64,000 nucleotides of DNA, taken from Selaginella moellendorffii (lineage: Eukaryota; Plantae; Lycopodiophyta). Positions 12,816 through 25,799 of the stretch are shown here, piece by piece; the stretch's first letter is position 1, and the number at the start of each line of letters is the position of its first letter. Made by a program: the position numbers and the translations under genes. Where the stretch lies: NCBI RefSeq assembly GCF_000143415.4, contig NW_003314262.1, positions 3,150,603 to 3,214,602 on the forward strand. The letters run 5' to 3'. The notes below the pieces were generated by a model. That model was not told where the DNA came from. It was given only the letters and a program-made list of their open reading frames with translations, and searched no databases.

Positions 12816-13939
12816 ATAACTTTGGGTATTGAAAATTACTTGTCGGCTAGTCTTTATAGACACTCTTTCCTTACTGCCACATGCTCAACCTATGCTTCTA
12901 CAATGCAGTCCAGTTGGTTTAGCATTATGGCCTTCATGCTAGGCCTCATTCCTAATTCAGCAAGCATTGCATTAATAGTTCTCGCTACAGGCCATAGTCC
13001 TCAGCTTGTGGAGCTGTTGCAAGCCTTCATGGACGGCCTGGAATTGTTTGAAGTTAAGGTAACTTGCCTCAGCAAGCCAGTGATCACAGATGAACTTTCA
13101 CCCAGAATTGTACTCGGGACACTGGACAGGATGCACGAGGTATTGTGTGGGGACAATACAACCTGGAAGCCACACAAAGCAGTTCTCATAGAGACCTGGT
13201 TTCCACACAAAAAGTACATCTGGAGGTAATATGCTCCATCCTTTGGAGTCACGACATGACCTTGGGGATCCACTCACTAAACGGTGTAGAAGAAATTGTC
13301 ACAACGTTCTGCAAGGGCAAGACAAGCAGGATTCCCAGGCCAGGCTTCACCTTAAGCTCAGTCAAGCCCTTCTATGAGCGCCAGTGGCAAGCTCACCAAG
13401 CTTGGGGAAGTGTGGAAGTTGTTTCGGACAAGGAGCAACATAATGACAGTCTACTGCAACTCGGTATCACAGGTGGAACTGGTTGCTTCTGGGATGGAAA
13501 GTGTTTTTAAAGTGGCTGCAACGCACCAGGAAGAGACTATCGCGCTTTCTGCCAGCGTGGGTTGCTTCTAATCACCAACATAATCTTCAGTGGGAGCCGC
13601 GTGTAATCAACTTTGACATGCCCGAGTCTGTGGATCTTTGGCGAGAGCAAGCGTGCCCAGGAGACTTTGGACGAGAGAGGTGGTGAACATTTTCTCTGAG
13701 CTTGAAGTTCGTTTGCTGCACGAGTTGAGCGGAGCCTTGATTTCAAGGCCGATCTCCTGGTTGCAAGAGACCATCGTCTGAATGGTAAGCCACCGAAAGA
13801 AAGAGGGAAAGTTGGTCGTATTTGATTGTACTTGTTCTAAAAGCATTACTTCGTGGTTTTCTAAGCATCTATGAAGCATTCCATCACCAAAACTTGCTCT
13901 TGTCACCTCACGCATACGAATCATCCTCTGAATTTGCCC

Positions 13940-14597
13940 TCAAAGGGTAATTGAAAGCATCCCCCATGCCAGGAGGCAGATTTTCCACGTCCTGAAACAA
14001 GGATTTTGTTGCAACAGAGAAGCACTCCTCCCCCTCAAGCCGATCATAATCCCGAATCTCCCCAGCATACCCAACGCACGCCTTGAAATAGATCTTGTCC
14101 GCATCATCGATGCAAGCGCTAATACCTCCATGATCCTCGCAACGTTCTCCCTCAACTTCTCGTGGCTCTCGTTGAAGAACGCTATCTCCACCACCACAAT
14201 CGGCACATCGAGCCTCGTAAATGGGGAGCGACGAAACAGCAGGTGATCCACCATCTTCATATCCCCATTGGGGAATTCCACCATGAAGTTCCCCCAGTGA
14301 TAGATGGGGCCACAGAGAGGATCCAAACCCAATTTGAACATTAGATCATACAGTACACAGAATACATACCCTTTGATCACTGCATGCACTCCAGTGTTAT
14401 CCCCACAGATGAGCCTCGCACTTGCACATCATCCTGGTCCACCAAGTGCTCAAAAACCATGGAATCCACTCCAGAAGCACAGTAGTAAGGGCCCTTCTTG
14501 AAATCCGACTTGTAATCCTGGCATGAACAGCTTCACAGGCTTTCACAAGCCGATTCATAACCCTCTTTGCCGCTGCCTTCCTCTTCCTCTCTGCCAT
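13940..14597 (-). pseudogene. Uma2/DUF820-like PD-(D/E)XK restriction-endonuclease-fold relic (frameshifted)
   Basis: Translation ...GVHAVIKG...NGDMKMVDHLL...DVPIVVVEIAFFNESHEKLRE resembles the Uma2 pattern H...PD...P.vvvEva.s.es...L. An upstream ATG at 14597 is in another frame. Confidence 0.5.
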
Positions 14598-14657
14598 CTT
14601 TCTCCTCCATCGCCTTAACCCTAAGCTTCTAACAGAAGACTTCACAAACCCTAATAT

Positions 14658-14709
14658 TCAAATTAAAAGGTTTTCGCGCGATCAAATTATAAGCTTTCGC
14701 GCGGAAAAG
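14658..14709. promoter_or_regulatory. Tandem E2F-type sites in a ~24-bp direct repeat
   Basis: TTTCGCGC at 14672-14679 and 14695-14702, each preceded by TCAAATTA.AAG. Telo-box-like AACCCTAA motifs lie nearby (~14617, ~14647). Confidence 0.4.
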
Positions 14710-14774
14710 TTTAAATCTTGATAGGATCAGTGGATCAATTGGTAAGAACGAGGAGATCCTAGGGATCGAACTCT

Positions 14775-17700
14775 CTAGGCGCGGACAATGCTGCTGATGC
14801 CCGAGCAAATCGTAGAGAGGCTGTCCTGCTGGAAGCTCAGGGCGCCCAGATAGCTCCCCAGCTCCTGCGCAACGCGGAGCCTCTCCAGCTTCATCGAGAC
14901 GAGGAGCTCCTGGTTTTGCTGGGCCTGGACACCCACCTTGGCCGCCAGATCGTCCCTCTCTCGCCTCGCCTGCCGGAGATCCTCGTCCAGCATCGAGATG
15001 TGAGCGTTGGACATGTGGAGGCTCTCAATCAGGGCCTCGTGCTCGTCTTTGCTGCTCGACTGGAGAGTAACAAGACAATGGTTGTGAGGTAGAGACTGGC
15101 TAGCACGTAGAGGCAAACCTCCAGGGCTGAGAGCTTGGCAGTTAGTTCGCGGAGCTGCGATTCCTTGCGTGCGATGGATTGTTCCATGCGATCGTTTTGT
15201 ATTTGTAGCTCGTTTTTTGCCTTTCGCTCCTGTGAGGAAAATATAAGCTTTTCGCTATCCCAACATGTTTTCGTTCGGTACCTCGGCCTCCAGGGAGAGT
15301 TTGAGCTCGTTGTTGGCTTTCAAAAGCTTGCTGTTCGTGCGGGAGAGATCTTTGAGCTCCTGCTTGTGTTTCTCTTCCTGTAATTGTTATGTTAAACGAG
15401 GGAAAACATTTTGTAACTTTTTAAAGTTTGATTACCTGCAATTTCATCGACTGCTCCAACTCTTTGTGGATTTTGTGATGGCTGGTATTTTTATCTGAGA
15501 GTTTTTGGAGCTCAGTGTTGTAGTTTTCTTCCTGTAAGAAAGTAAAGCTAGTAAACCGTGCGTCTTGGAATGAAAGCTTTACCCGCAAGGAGGCGGACGA
15601 TTTCAGTTGCTCGTTTGTCCTTTGAAGCTCCGTGTTCGTGTTCATCAGTTCATGGAGCTGTGTCTTGTATTTCTCTTCCTGAGAGGATTTGCTCGTTAAA
15701 CCTGTCACAGTTTGGAGTGAATCATATACATTCACCTGAGCGAAAAGCTTCTCCTCAAGTAGTTGTTTTTGCTCCACGGCTGCGTCTAGCTCTTGTTTGT
15801 TCTGGCTGTGTTTTCTCTCCAGCTCATCGAGCTTGTTTGCTGTTTCATGTTCCTGCAAATCAAGCATAAATCAATCCGTTCCAATGAACAATTCACACCA
15901 GTACCTCAAGCTTCGCAGATTTAAGTAGAGAATCCAAGCGTCCCTTGTCCTCCAAGAGAACAGTGTTTTCGGTCACGGTAGTAGTTAAGCGACTGCCAAT
16001 TCGTACATTTTCTTCCGCCAGCTGGTCCATTTCCTCTTTCTGTATCGCATGCTATTAGTACCATCACGGTAATACATGGATTTTACCTGACGAAGATTAC
16101 ACGCATTTAGCTGTTCTAGCTCACTTTCTAGACGACTATTTTCTTTGCGTAAGTCAGCCACTGTCTGGTTGAGATGCTGGTTTTTGGTTATAATTTCATT
16201 AAGCTGTTGCTCCTGCACAAAAAATAATAAAAATCACAAAAATCAAAAGTCAAAAGTCAAAAAAATTGTTAAACATCTGGTAACCAATTACCTGCAAAGT
16301 CCTACATTCACGAAGACGATTGTTTTCTGACCGAAAATCCTCCACCTTTCTGTTAATCTCGCTATTGCTATCCAGTAGCACATTTAGCTTTCTAGTCGCG
16401 TCCGCTGCTTCTTCACTCTGGAGAAAAACAGTGACATTTTATTGAAAAGAAGACGAATTCCTACCTTTGAATCAAAGCGGGATTGAAGCTCTTCAAGCTG
16501 GAGCTGTAGTTCCTTTACCTGAAACTCCATCTACAAGCACAACCAGCATTTAACTTTCACGTACAAGCAGCAAGACTTACAAGCTCGGTCTCGTCGGATT
16601 TTACACAAGGTGTGTACTCTGACGTAGACGGAACTGCTTGGTCTTCTGTGTTTAAAGTTGCCCAGTCGTCATCGAGTTCTTGGTTTAGGCGCGTCCATGC
16701 ATCTTCATCGGCAACATTTGGTTTCTCCTTGGTCGTTGTTTGTTGTTCGTCACGAGAATGCGATGGAAATGGCGTACTTTGAACCTCCCAAAGATCATCA
16801 GCATTTTTTTCGAGAAGGGATTCAAATGCAGGTAAAGGTGTGACTACTCTGCCTCTATCCCGCCTAGTAGAGATTCGAGAGCTGTCCAAACGTGTTAAAG
16901 GGCTCCGAAAGCATTCCTAGAAACTAGCAATAAGTACACACAAAACATGATCGTAACCAAAACCTTAGCTGATGCGTCCAAAATCCCTTGTTGCGGGGAC
17001 CATGTCTCTCGGCGAGTAACCTGCGGAAAAAATGATTTCAGAAGAAAATAACATAAAAACCAGGGACAAACCATCTTCATAGCATTCGAATAATCATCTC
17101 GAGCTGCTGAACTTAAGACTAAAGAGCTCAGATTTTCAATCTTTTGTTCTTGCTCTTTTATTCTCCTTTCACGATCCAGCTGGGCTGCTCTCTCCTCTTC
17201 TAGCTCCAGCGCAAGTTTCTCCTTCTCCAATTCGTACTGTAAAACAAAAACAAAAGTCAGATATCTGTGGACTATAACCACAACGCGATCGGCTTTACTC
17301 AAAAATGCCATAGAAAAAACCTTCAGCAAGTCGTTGCGTAGATTTAAAAGTTGTTTTTCGAAATCATCCGAACGTAGCCCCTGCAATAAGTTTTCAGGAC
17401 ACAACTAAGAACATTAAGAGCGAAACATACCAACAACTTTTCACGAAGCTCTTCAATTTCTTTTTTCTGCCGCTTAAGAAGAGCTGCATCAGTGAGTATC
17501 TACAAAAACAGGAAATAAAAAAATCGTGAAAAGGCTGGTCAGCTGCAACTGCGCCTCCGGAATCAAGGAGGCAATGCCAAAGAGCCAAGTAAAACATACC
17601 TCATTGACGTGCGCGCATGTTGCAACTTTTTTCGCTCTCGAGGCAAATTGAAGTGTTCCCTTTGTTTCGTCTATGTGTATCTGAAACAGATGATACGAAA

Positions 17701-19064
17701 CTTTGAGGCACTGAGCCGTTGACGTGTTACCTCATCCGGTGTAATGGTGCAAATAATAGCCGTTTTTGCGTTACCGTCTAAAGCGGATTGAAGAATGCGC
17801 GTCAGTTTGCTGTCCCGGTAGGGTATATGACCTCTATCATTGAAATATGTGAAAAAGATGAAAGCTAGGAGGAAAGTGTTACCCTTTTCCTGGACCCTCG
17901 CTGAGCTTATTGATAACAGTTCCAAGAGTCATGAGACTCTTGTTGATGTGTTGTCCCTCCTTAAGTCGAACTCCTCCAGCTCCTGTTTTTGCAACACGTT
18001 CAGAACCGGCTAGATCTACCAGGTTCTGAAAAGAACAAGTTATAGTGCAAACTTATAGATCGTAACATTCCAGGCTTACCAAAGTAGACACTCGAACAGA
18101 GTCCGTATTTCTGTTGTTGTCCCTGCTTTCAATGACCTGTGTGAATGTGACAGCACTTAACCACCATTCCAGTGATTCACGATACATACCATTCGAAATA
18201 TAGAATGAGATCGACTACTGTAACTGTTCATGTTCGTCTCACCAAAATGACGATGTGCTGCAATACCATTGACAATGTCAGTACGCCTCTATAGCGTTCC
18301 GAGTACCTTCTCCAAGCTTTAAGAAATCAAATACTTGGTCAGGACTGTTAACAATTTCCTCTCTGAGTCCAGCAACAAACAACCCCTTCTGTACAATGAA
18401 GTGTAAGAATGTGAGAAACACTTGCAAATGTTACCTCGAAATTCTCGTGTATTTGTAGTTTCCTGTTCTCGGGAGCTAAGAGGTCGTTGATCTCTTCGTT
18501 ATAAATCTCCATGTAAGAAACGCGAACTAGGAACTCCCTGCTAGAATTCTGAATGAATAAAAGTCAGCAACTGATAGTTCCGAGTTTCGAGCTAGCAAAC
18601 CTGGGATATGCTGTCAAAAACATCTCGGATAGCTAAAGGAATGATACCAGGATGACTATCAGAACCTTGCATCGTGTAAGTCTTCCCGCTACTTGTTTGC
18701 CCATACGCAAACACAGTTCCTGGAGAAAGAAAGCGTGAAGCGTGACTCAATAAAGGCTTGAATTGGCCTACCGTTAAATCCTTGCAATGCCGAAATGACA
18801 ACTTCTTTGGCATGGATGTCGTAGACGTCAGAGTTCTTAGAATTCGATCCAAACAATTGATCTGCCCAAGTAAGTCTTAGAATCCAAAAGCTAGAAGACT
18901 AGAAAGTATTTACCAAAAGCGTAAGTGTAGCCGGAGAGTGGCGCTCCATAGCAGTTGCACAGTGAAAGCTTCTTTTCCTGTTCCTCAACAACCCAATGAT
19001 TCCCTTTGACGAGCTCCTCCTTCGATGGAGGCCTCACACGGATCGCTACCGAGATTCTCTCCAT
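14775..19064 (-). CDS. Kinesin-7 (CENP-E-like, KIN7N/ZCF125-type) motor with a long coiled-coil tail; many introns
   Basis: [13 protein letters not shown] start; P-loop [10 protein letters not shown]; SSRSH; LVDLAGSE; [14 protein letters not shown]; coiled-coil exons down to TAG at 14775. Confidence 0.92.
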
Positions 19065-19305
19065 TCTTCCGACGGCTATGGCGATCGCCCAGCTGCTGGA
19101 TCACGACCAGTCCCCCGATCACAATCCCGTGTCAGGAGCTCCAATGCGGCATTACACTAATCCTTTTCACCCGCTCCTCAAGAACAGGAGGAGGATTTCA
19201 TACCCGGGAATGTCGATCGCGCAGATCAGTGGAGAAGAATGGCGCCGCGAAGATCTTTCCCCCGAGCTAGGGCTTGTAAACCCAAAACTCTCGGGGTTCG
19301 AAATC

Positions 19306-19313
19306 TCTAACGG
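19306..19313 (+). promoter_or_regulatory. Possible MSA (mitosis-specific activator) element in the kinesin/epsin divergent promoter
   Basis: TCTAACGG matches the YCYAACGG core, ~240 bp upstream of the kinesin ATG. Confidence 0.25.
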
Positions 19314-19673
19314 ATACATTGGCTCATACCGTACAATGGCCCAAAGCCGCATTTGGCATTCGTAGGAGTATGGCCAAAACTGACAGCGGACGGCCCGCAA
19401 TGCGCCACGTATTACCTTCTAATCTAACGATGGCGATAGCTCTGCTTGGGCTTGCCCTTCTCGAGCTAGCTGCTGGATTGGGTGGCTATGGCGCTTTGAT
19501 CCCACGGCTGCGCCAAGGGTTTTGAGGTAAGATGCGCCTCGTCTGTTCTTGCCGATCGCAGCATCGGCGCGAGGGTTTCTCGATCCTGCATTGTAGAAGC
19601 TAGATCTAGAAATTCGCAGTTTGCTGCGATCCATGCATTCTGACGGATTCGCTTGATCAAGGGCGCATGCTCG

Positions 19674-21959
19674 ATGGATCTCAGGAAGGTTTTCGACCAG
19701 ACTGTTCGAGATTTGTACGTCACATGGAACTTCTTCTTTCCCTTTTTCGTTTGATTCATTGAAATCTTTTGTAGGAGGAGAGAAGTAAACAAAAAGGTTT
19801 TGAAGGTTCCAGAGATCGAACAAAAGGTAACAGGCTCTCGTATTTTTTAATTCGGGCTCGTTAGAACAGAAGTCGGTGTTTTTCCTTTCCTTGCCATAGG
19901 TTCTTGATGCTACAAGTAACGAGCCTTGGGGACCACATGGAACTGCTATGTCCGAAATCGCTCAAGCAACCAGAAACTTGTAAGCTCTCCTTTGTTTTTC
20001 CAGGAGGTTTCATGTTTAAATGTCTCTTTTTGCAGCAATGACTATCAAATGATCATGACGATACTGTGGAAGAGACTGGCCGACACGGGAAGAAACTGGC
20101 GTCATGTGTACAAAGTGAGAGTTTTTCTCAAGGTCTTTGCGAAGTGATGGTCTTTTGTCTTGCCAGGGATTGACACTTTTTGATTTTCTTGTTGCTCATG
20201 GAGCTGACAGAGTCATCGATGAGCTGCGAGAAAACATCTACCAGATTCAGGTGCGTTTTCTAGTTCTAGAATTCAAATGTCATATTCACTTTGCGTCATT
20301 TGCCTACTACAGGGACTGGTGGACTTCCAATACGTAGAACCAAATGGAAAGGATCAGGGTGTAAATGTCCGCAAGAAAGCTCAATCTTTGGTTTCTTTAT
20401 TGAATGACAAGGAAAAAATTCGCGAAGTTCGTCAGAAGGCCTCCGCAAATAGAGACAAGTAAGTTGTCTGGTCTTTCTTCTTTTCTCTTTGTGAATCTCT
20501 TGAGGATTACAACGCAGGTATCAGGGTTATTCTTCCACCGGCGGCATATTTAAGCCCAGTTCTTACTCTAGCACTGGATCTAGAGGCTTTAGTGACTGGG
20601 ATGACGACCGAAATGGTCACGGACGAAATGGTGGTGACAGATTTGGGAGCACGTATGATGACGATCGCTATGGCGATGAACATAGTAAGGAGAGCGATAG
20701 ATACCGTGATGACTGGCGTCATGCAGACCGGGAGGATTTTAACAGTGATGAGAACGATTCAAGGTAACTCTAGTGTACTGAGTGTAGTTGCGAATTGTTT
20801 CTTTCTTTGCAGAAGCCCAGCCCCTCCGAGCTACGAAAGTTCTCAAAAAAAGTATATGTCCTGGCCTTCCAATAATACTTATCTAAAAGCCATCGGATTT
20901 GCAGGAACACAGGTGCTGCCCAATCAATGAACAAAGCAACCAGCGCCGACGATGACGATGACTTTGATCCCAGGGCCTCTGGTAAATGACGTAAATGTTT
21001 TCGTGCTTTCCTTGGTTTGCTCTAACGGGACTCCCATACTTTTGCAGCTCCAGCTCCAGCCCCGCGTGCTCCTGTGGCTCCACAAGTTGATTTTCTGGGA
21101 CAACTAGATTTTTTGTCAGCGCCAACGCCAGAGGTGGATCCCTTTGCGAGTCCTGAGTTGGTCTCTGGACCGAAAACTGTGAATGTAAGTTGTTTCTTGT
21201 TTTCCGACTTCTCGCAATACTGAATTCTTCTGCAGCAATCCACTGCCTCAAATCTTTTCGACTCCGATGCATTTTCCAGCGATTTTGGTGCCTTTACGTC
21301 GGCCTCCACGGTGCCGACCACTACGAGCAAAACAGATCTCTTTGCTACCGATCCTTTTGCTCAGCTCAACAAACCAGCGCCGGCCAACGACAGCGTTGCG
21401 CTCAACTCTTTCGACGCGTTCGAAACTCTTTCCTCTCAAGCACCAGCACCGGCTGCGGCTTCTTTCAACGCCTTCGAAACTCTTTCCTCTCAAACACCAC
21501 CTCCGGCTGCGGCTTCTTCCTTCGTCGATACAATCGCGCCTCCAGCTGCTCAAACCAAGCAAGGCTTCCAGACGAAATCATCGGTGTGGGCAGACTCTTT
21601 GTCATCGGGCCTTATTGATCTAAACATCACAGCTCGTAAGTGTCAACTATTATACACTGATGGATAACCGGTGTCCTTTCTACTTTCGTTTCGCAGCTAA
21701 GAACAATCCATCCTCGGAGTTTGGAGATTGGACAGGAGAGCAAGCTTTTAGCAGTGGTTTCAAACCGATGGGATCTGGAAGTGGTCTTGGCCTCGCGGGA
21801 GCAAGCGGCCTTGCTCCGCCGCCGCCACCACCAACGATCGATCCATTCGCATTCGGCACGACAACCATCTCCACAAACGCAACATTTTCCAGCATGGCTC
21901 CTCCTACGACTTCGAATCCACCAACACAAAACGATCCTTTTGCAGGCCTGATAAAGTAA
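19674..21959 (+). CDS. ENTH-domain clathrin interactor (epsin-like); multi-exon
   Basis: [14 protein letters not shown] / [17 protein letters not shown] / [14 protein letters not shown] / NWRHVYK / [11 protein letters not shown]; DDDFDPR and DPF motifs; stop TAA at 21957-21959. Confidence 0.92.
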
Positions 21960-22199
21960 AACAGTATTTACAAGAAATACATGGTATGAATTATTCTTTT
22001 CTTTCATTCATCAGTTACTCATTTCCTTTTCAGGATTCAGAGAAAATCTGTACTCCATGTCATAAATGCGACCTTCGTTATTATCAGTTTCGTGATATGT
22101 TTAATGTTCTCAAGTACTTCCGATGCGAGCGACATGTTTATTGAGAGAAAGAAAAGATTAGTGCGAGATTAATCTTTATATGGCTGTGACGAGACGACT

Positions 22200-23640
22200 A
22201 TATATGTTCATGATCCAAAGCGTGTAAAATAGAAGAACTGAAACTGTTTTACCGGGAGCCATTGTCCTCATCTACAGGCCTTGCTGCTGCTATTGTGTTT
22301 CTTTTTCTTCCCTTCCATTTGCATGGCTTGCCTGTTTGAATGGAAATGGCACAATACCTTGAAATCTCCTAGCGTTGATGCTTAAGCCAGCTCGAGCTTA
22401 GAGCATTGTCGAGTAACAAAATCCTTGCACTCGTGTTTACTTGATGGAACCATGCATGTGTTGCGATTGTGGCCGAATTAAGGGATCATCTTGAACCTGG
22501 AGGGTTAGCACTCACTGTTCAAAGATTCTAAGGAGTTCATCATTGTCACAAACCTGTAACCTGTGGATGCGTTATTTGGCACTAAAAGGACTCCCGTAAA
22601 ATCATGAGGAACGAGGTGTGCTGAACATTGAGATGCAAGAACTGTAAATCAGAATGTCTGTCCTGGAAAAAGAGAAATTAACGTAAAAGATTTCTCGACA
22701 TTCTTCCAAAGCAACGTCTTACCACTTGGGCTACCACCTCGAACCAATCAGTCGTGCGATTGGAACATAGCAAAACAGAAACACACATCACGCACACACA
22801 CACGCACACCGACGGACGGACCTTGGTGATTAGAGGCGGTCCTTTTGTCTTGTGTTCATCCCTGAAATCGTAAACCCACAGCAGCCGCAGCTTATAAAAC
22901 ACAAAACAAACCACGGGAGAGCTTTTCGATCCAATATTCTTTGGTGTCACATCAACTATATCAACTGGCGCACTGTCCTGCAAGGCTTCGAGTTTAGCAA
23001 AACCATTGAAAACTCGCTAAAATTCCTGGGAACTTACCAGAGATGGAAGTCTGAGCGGCAGCACCGATGCCTCACAATTGAATCCTGTGCAGCACATGGA
23101 CACACTCCTCATACCTCTGCTCGATTAGATCCAGCCAAGACTGCCCTTTGTTTTTTCCTCTTCTGATCGCCAGAAGAACTTTTCTTTTCTTTTCTGCTAA
23201 GACTCTCGTTCATGAGATCATGAGCGCTCCCTGCACAGAAGAATCCAGATCTTGAAAAGAGTAAAGCAATGGATGGACAAAGAGAGCAAAGAGCGGGGGG
23301 AAGAAACTTCTTTTAATGAGAAGAAATTCATTTTTTCGCTCTCCAGGCAACATGGCAAGGAATGGAACGACACGATCTGTCGGTGGAGGGCCGAGTGATG
23401 TGAGCTGAACGGGCATTTAGTGGTCAGGTATACCAAATCTCAAAGTACAAACACGCAGATCTAGATGACACACAAGAATGCCAGGAATTCTCACGGCTTG
23501 ATTCTTTTCAGGCAAACTCATGAATGAATTCCCATCTCACAAAGCGATCTCAATCCCAGCACTCGCGACTCCACCAATCCAGCGCAGAATCGCCATCCCA
23601 TCCCAGCGAGCGCGCCCAAGAACCCTAGAGCTGGCTCACG
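22200..23640 (-). other. Probable spliced transcription unit of unknown coding status
   Basis: Several minus-strand GT...AG intron-like segments with pyrimidine tracts (e.g. gtaagt ~23037 to ttgcag ~22978). No recognisable protein. Confidence 0.3.
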
Positions 23641-23785
23641 CGAGAGAGAAATAAACAAATTAGAATTTTGAGCGGGAAAAAACTTAAAGGCAGCCGCGTG
23701 GCACGATCCACGCCATCTGCGGACGGGAAATCGACGGCGACGTTCCACATTCCAGCCGTACGCTCCCTACGTACGCCCTCCGAGT

Positions 23786-25799
23786 CTATGGGAGATCGTG
23801 TTGTCTCCTCCGCATCTTCGATATCTCTTTCTCGTAAACACCCTGTGCGTAAAGAGAATGTAAAAAAGCTGTGATTTTGATTTTCTTACCTCCATAAGCT
23901 TTCTCACAAGCTCGTTGCGGTACTTGTTCTTGTCCTCGTAAACTTGCATCGCGTCCTTGAGCTCTTTCTCCTGTGGATTTTTCTTTGCGATCAAGAGAAT
24001 CGAGAATTCGAGCTTTGGAAGCTTACCTTGGATTCACAAAGTTGTTTCAAGTAGACTAGCTCCATGTCGGCCGCATCGATTCTCGACTTTAAGTCTAGAA
24101 GATCTCTACGAGCTCCAAATTCCGAGCTCTCCGGATCCTACAAGAAAAGTGTACGTAAGAAAATGTTCGACCAAAGATCCAGAAAAAGAATGCTCCTGTG
24201 AAAACCAAGAGAGGAAAAAAAACAGAAGGGAAAAAAAGAATACTTGCATGTCTTTGCTGTGAAGATGGTGGCCTGTTATAACTCAGCTCCCGGAGAAGAT
24301 TGATCGCCTCCTTTTGCTGCATGAGCAGGAGCTTGATCGAATCCGAAAAACTGGCCGGAAACGATCCCTCCATCGATCCTCCTGCCGCCGCTGCCGCCGC
24401 TGGCGATCCGCCCACCCCCGCTGCTGGAATCTGTCCCGAGTTGATCACGCAAAGCTTCTTTTTGGAATGCGAATGCTTGCTCGTCGTCGTGTAAAACTCG
24501 CGAGGACTGCTCTCGGCGGCAGTCTCCCGCCGCGGATCCGTCGAGGGTGACGATCCATCCAAGTTGTTCGTGGAGGCGCTCTTGCTGGGCGGGAGGAGCA
24601 CGCCCGGATCGAAGCTGTTGTTCCGCAAGATCCTCTTGTCAGTGCTGTTGATCACCACCACCTTGTTGTTGGCTCCAAATATCTCCTCGTCGGTGGCACC
24701 AGCCACGGCATCGACGATCAAGTCGCCCTTGCTTGCGTGGAGCGCGAGCTCAGATCCGGAAGAGATCCCGGAGCTGAAAGTCGTGTACTTTGGATCGCTC
24801 CCAAAAATGGCCTCCATCTTGGAGAACCACTGCCAGCCGGAGCCGGAGCTATGGCTTCCAGTCAACTGGATCATCTCCTTCTCGCTCTTGTACTTGCGCT
24901 TGAGATTGCTCATCTTGTAGGAGCACTGCTTGGCGTTCTTCCACAGCTCCTTGGAAGAATTGCTGGCGGTGGCGATGGTGGTCAAGTTGCTACTGTTTGG
25001 AGGAGTGATGGCGTAGCATCGCTCGTTGACGCTGCTGGCGAGCTCCTCCCATTCCTCTCCCCGGAAGTTCCTCCCGTTGATCGCAAGCCTCTTCTCGCGG
25101 AAGACGTCGAGGAGCACCGAGGTGGCGTGGGTGCTCCAGCTTCCCGCATCTTTGGAGCCTTCTTTGCTGTCGGCTTGATCGGCGATGGCGTCGGAGGATT
25201 TGTTGAGTTGTTCTAGTTGCTGCTCGGCATGGTGGTCATGCTGTCGCTGCTGCTGTTGCTGCTGCTGGCTCAAGTTTTGATCTGACAGACTTCTTGGTTG
25301 CTGCTTCTCTTGCTGTTCTTGATCGTCTTCGTCGTCGTCGACGTCGACTTCGCCGTTTTTCATCAAGCTGAAAGATGGTGGTGGCGGATCCTGCTGTGGA
25401 GTGGTGCTGCTCGAGATGTGTACTCGAAGTTCTATGCGAAAGAAAAAAGATTCAATTTTGTGAACTACAAACTCTGGGAGATCGAAGCAGAAAACGTAAA
25501 AACCACAAGCAAACCATAGCCAGGATAAACATATCTCAGAAAGTAAGCATTTCTCGTAAGAATTCCAGCCATGGACACAGAGAGGTTCCTTTTGTCGCGA
25601 TTTCCAGAAGTCAACACACAGACAAAGCGATACAAGGAGTATAAAGCATTGAATCAATCAATCTGGCAAGTATCTCTTCAAGGAAAAGGAGGAAAAACTC
25701 ACCATTTTTTGGATGGTCTGGCTGCTGCTGCTGATGATGATGATGATCATGCTGCTGGAAGTAGTCCATGGGATCATCGTCTTCCACAAACGCCTCCAT
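23786..25799 (-). CDS. Trihelix (Myb/SANT-like) transcription factor, apparently with a C-terminal RAB6-interacting golgin/DUF662-like coiled coil
   Basis: Exon 1 25799-25703; exon 2 from 25431 with WSTHATSVLL...EEWEELA...KQCSYKMSNLKRKYK...WQWFSKMEAI. Downstream exons read LKSRIDAADMELVYLKQLCESK / EKELKDAMQVYEDKNKYRNELVRKLME / GVYEKEISKMRRRQHDLP*. Confidence 0.75.

Noticed and set aside
12690-13510. Plus-strand ORFs of 179 aa and 121 aa
   Set aside because: No motifs, and they span a TE junction; probably chance ORFs.
24095-25657. 520-aa single-exon reading of the trihelix gene
   Set aside because: Both ends run through Phe-rich intron sequence; the spliced model from ATG 25799 fits better.
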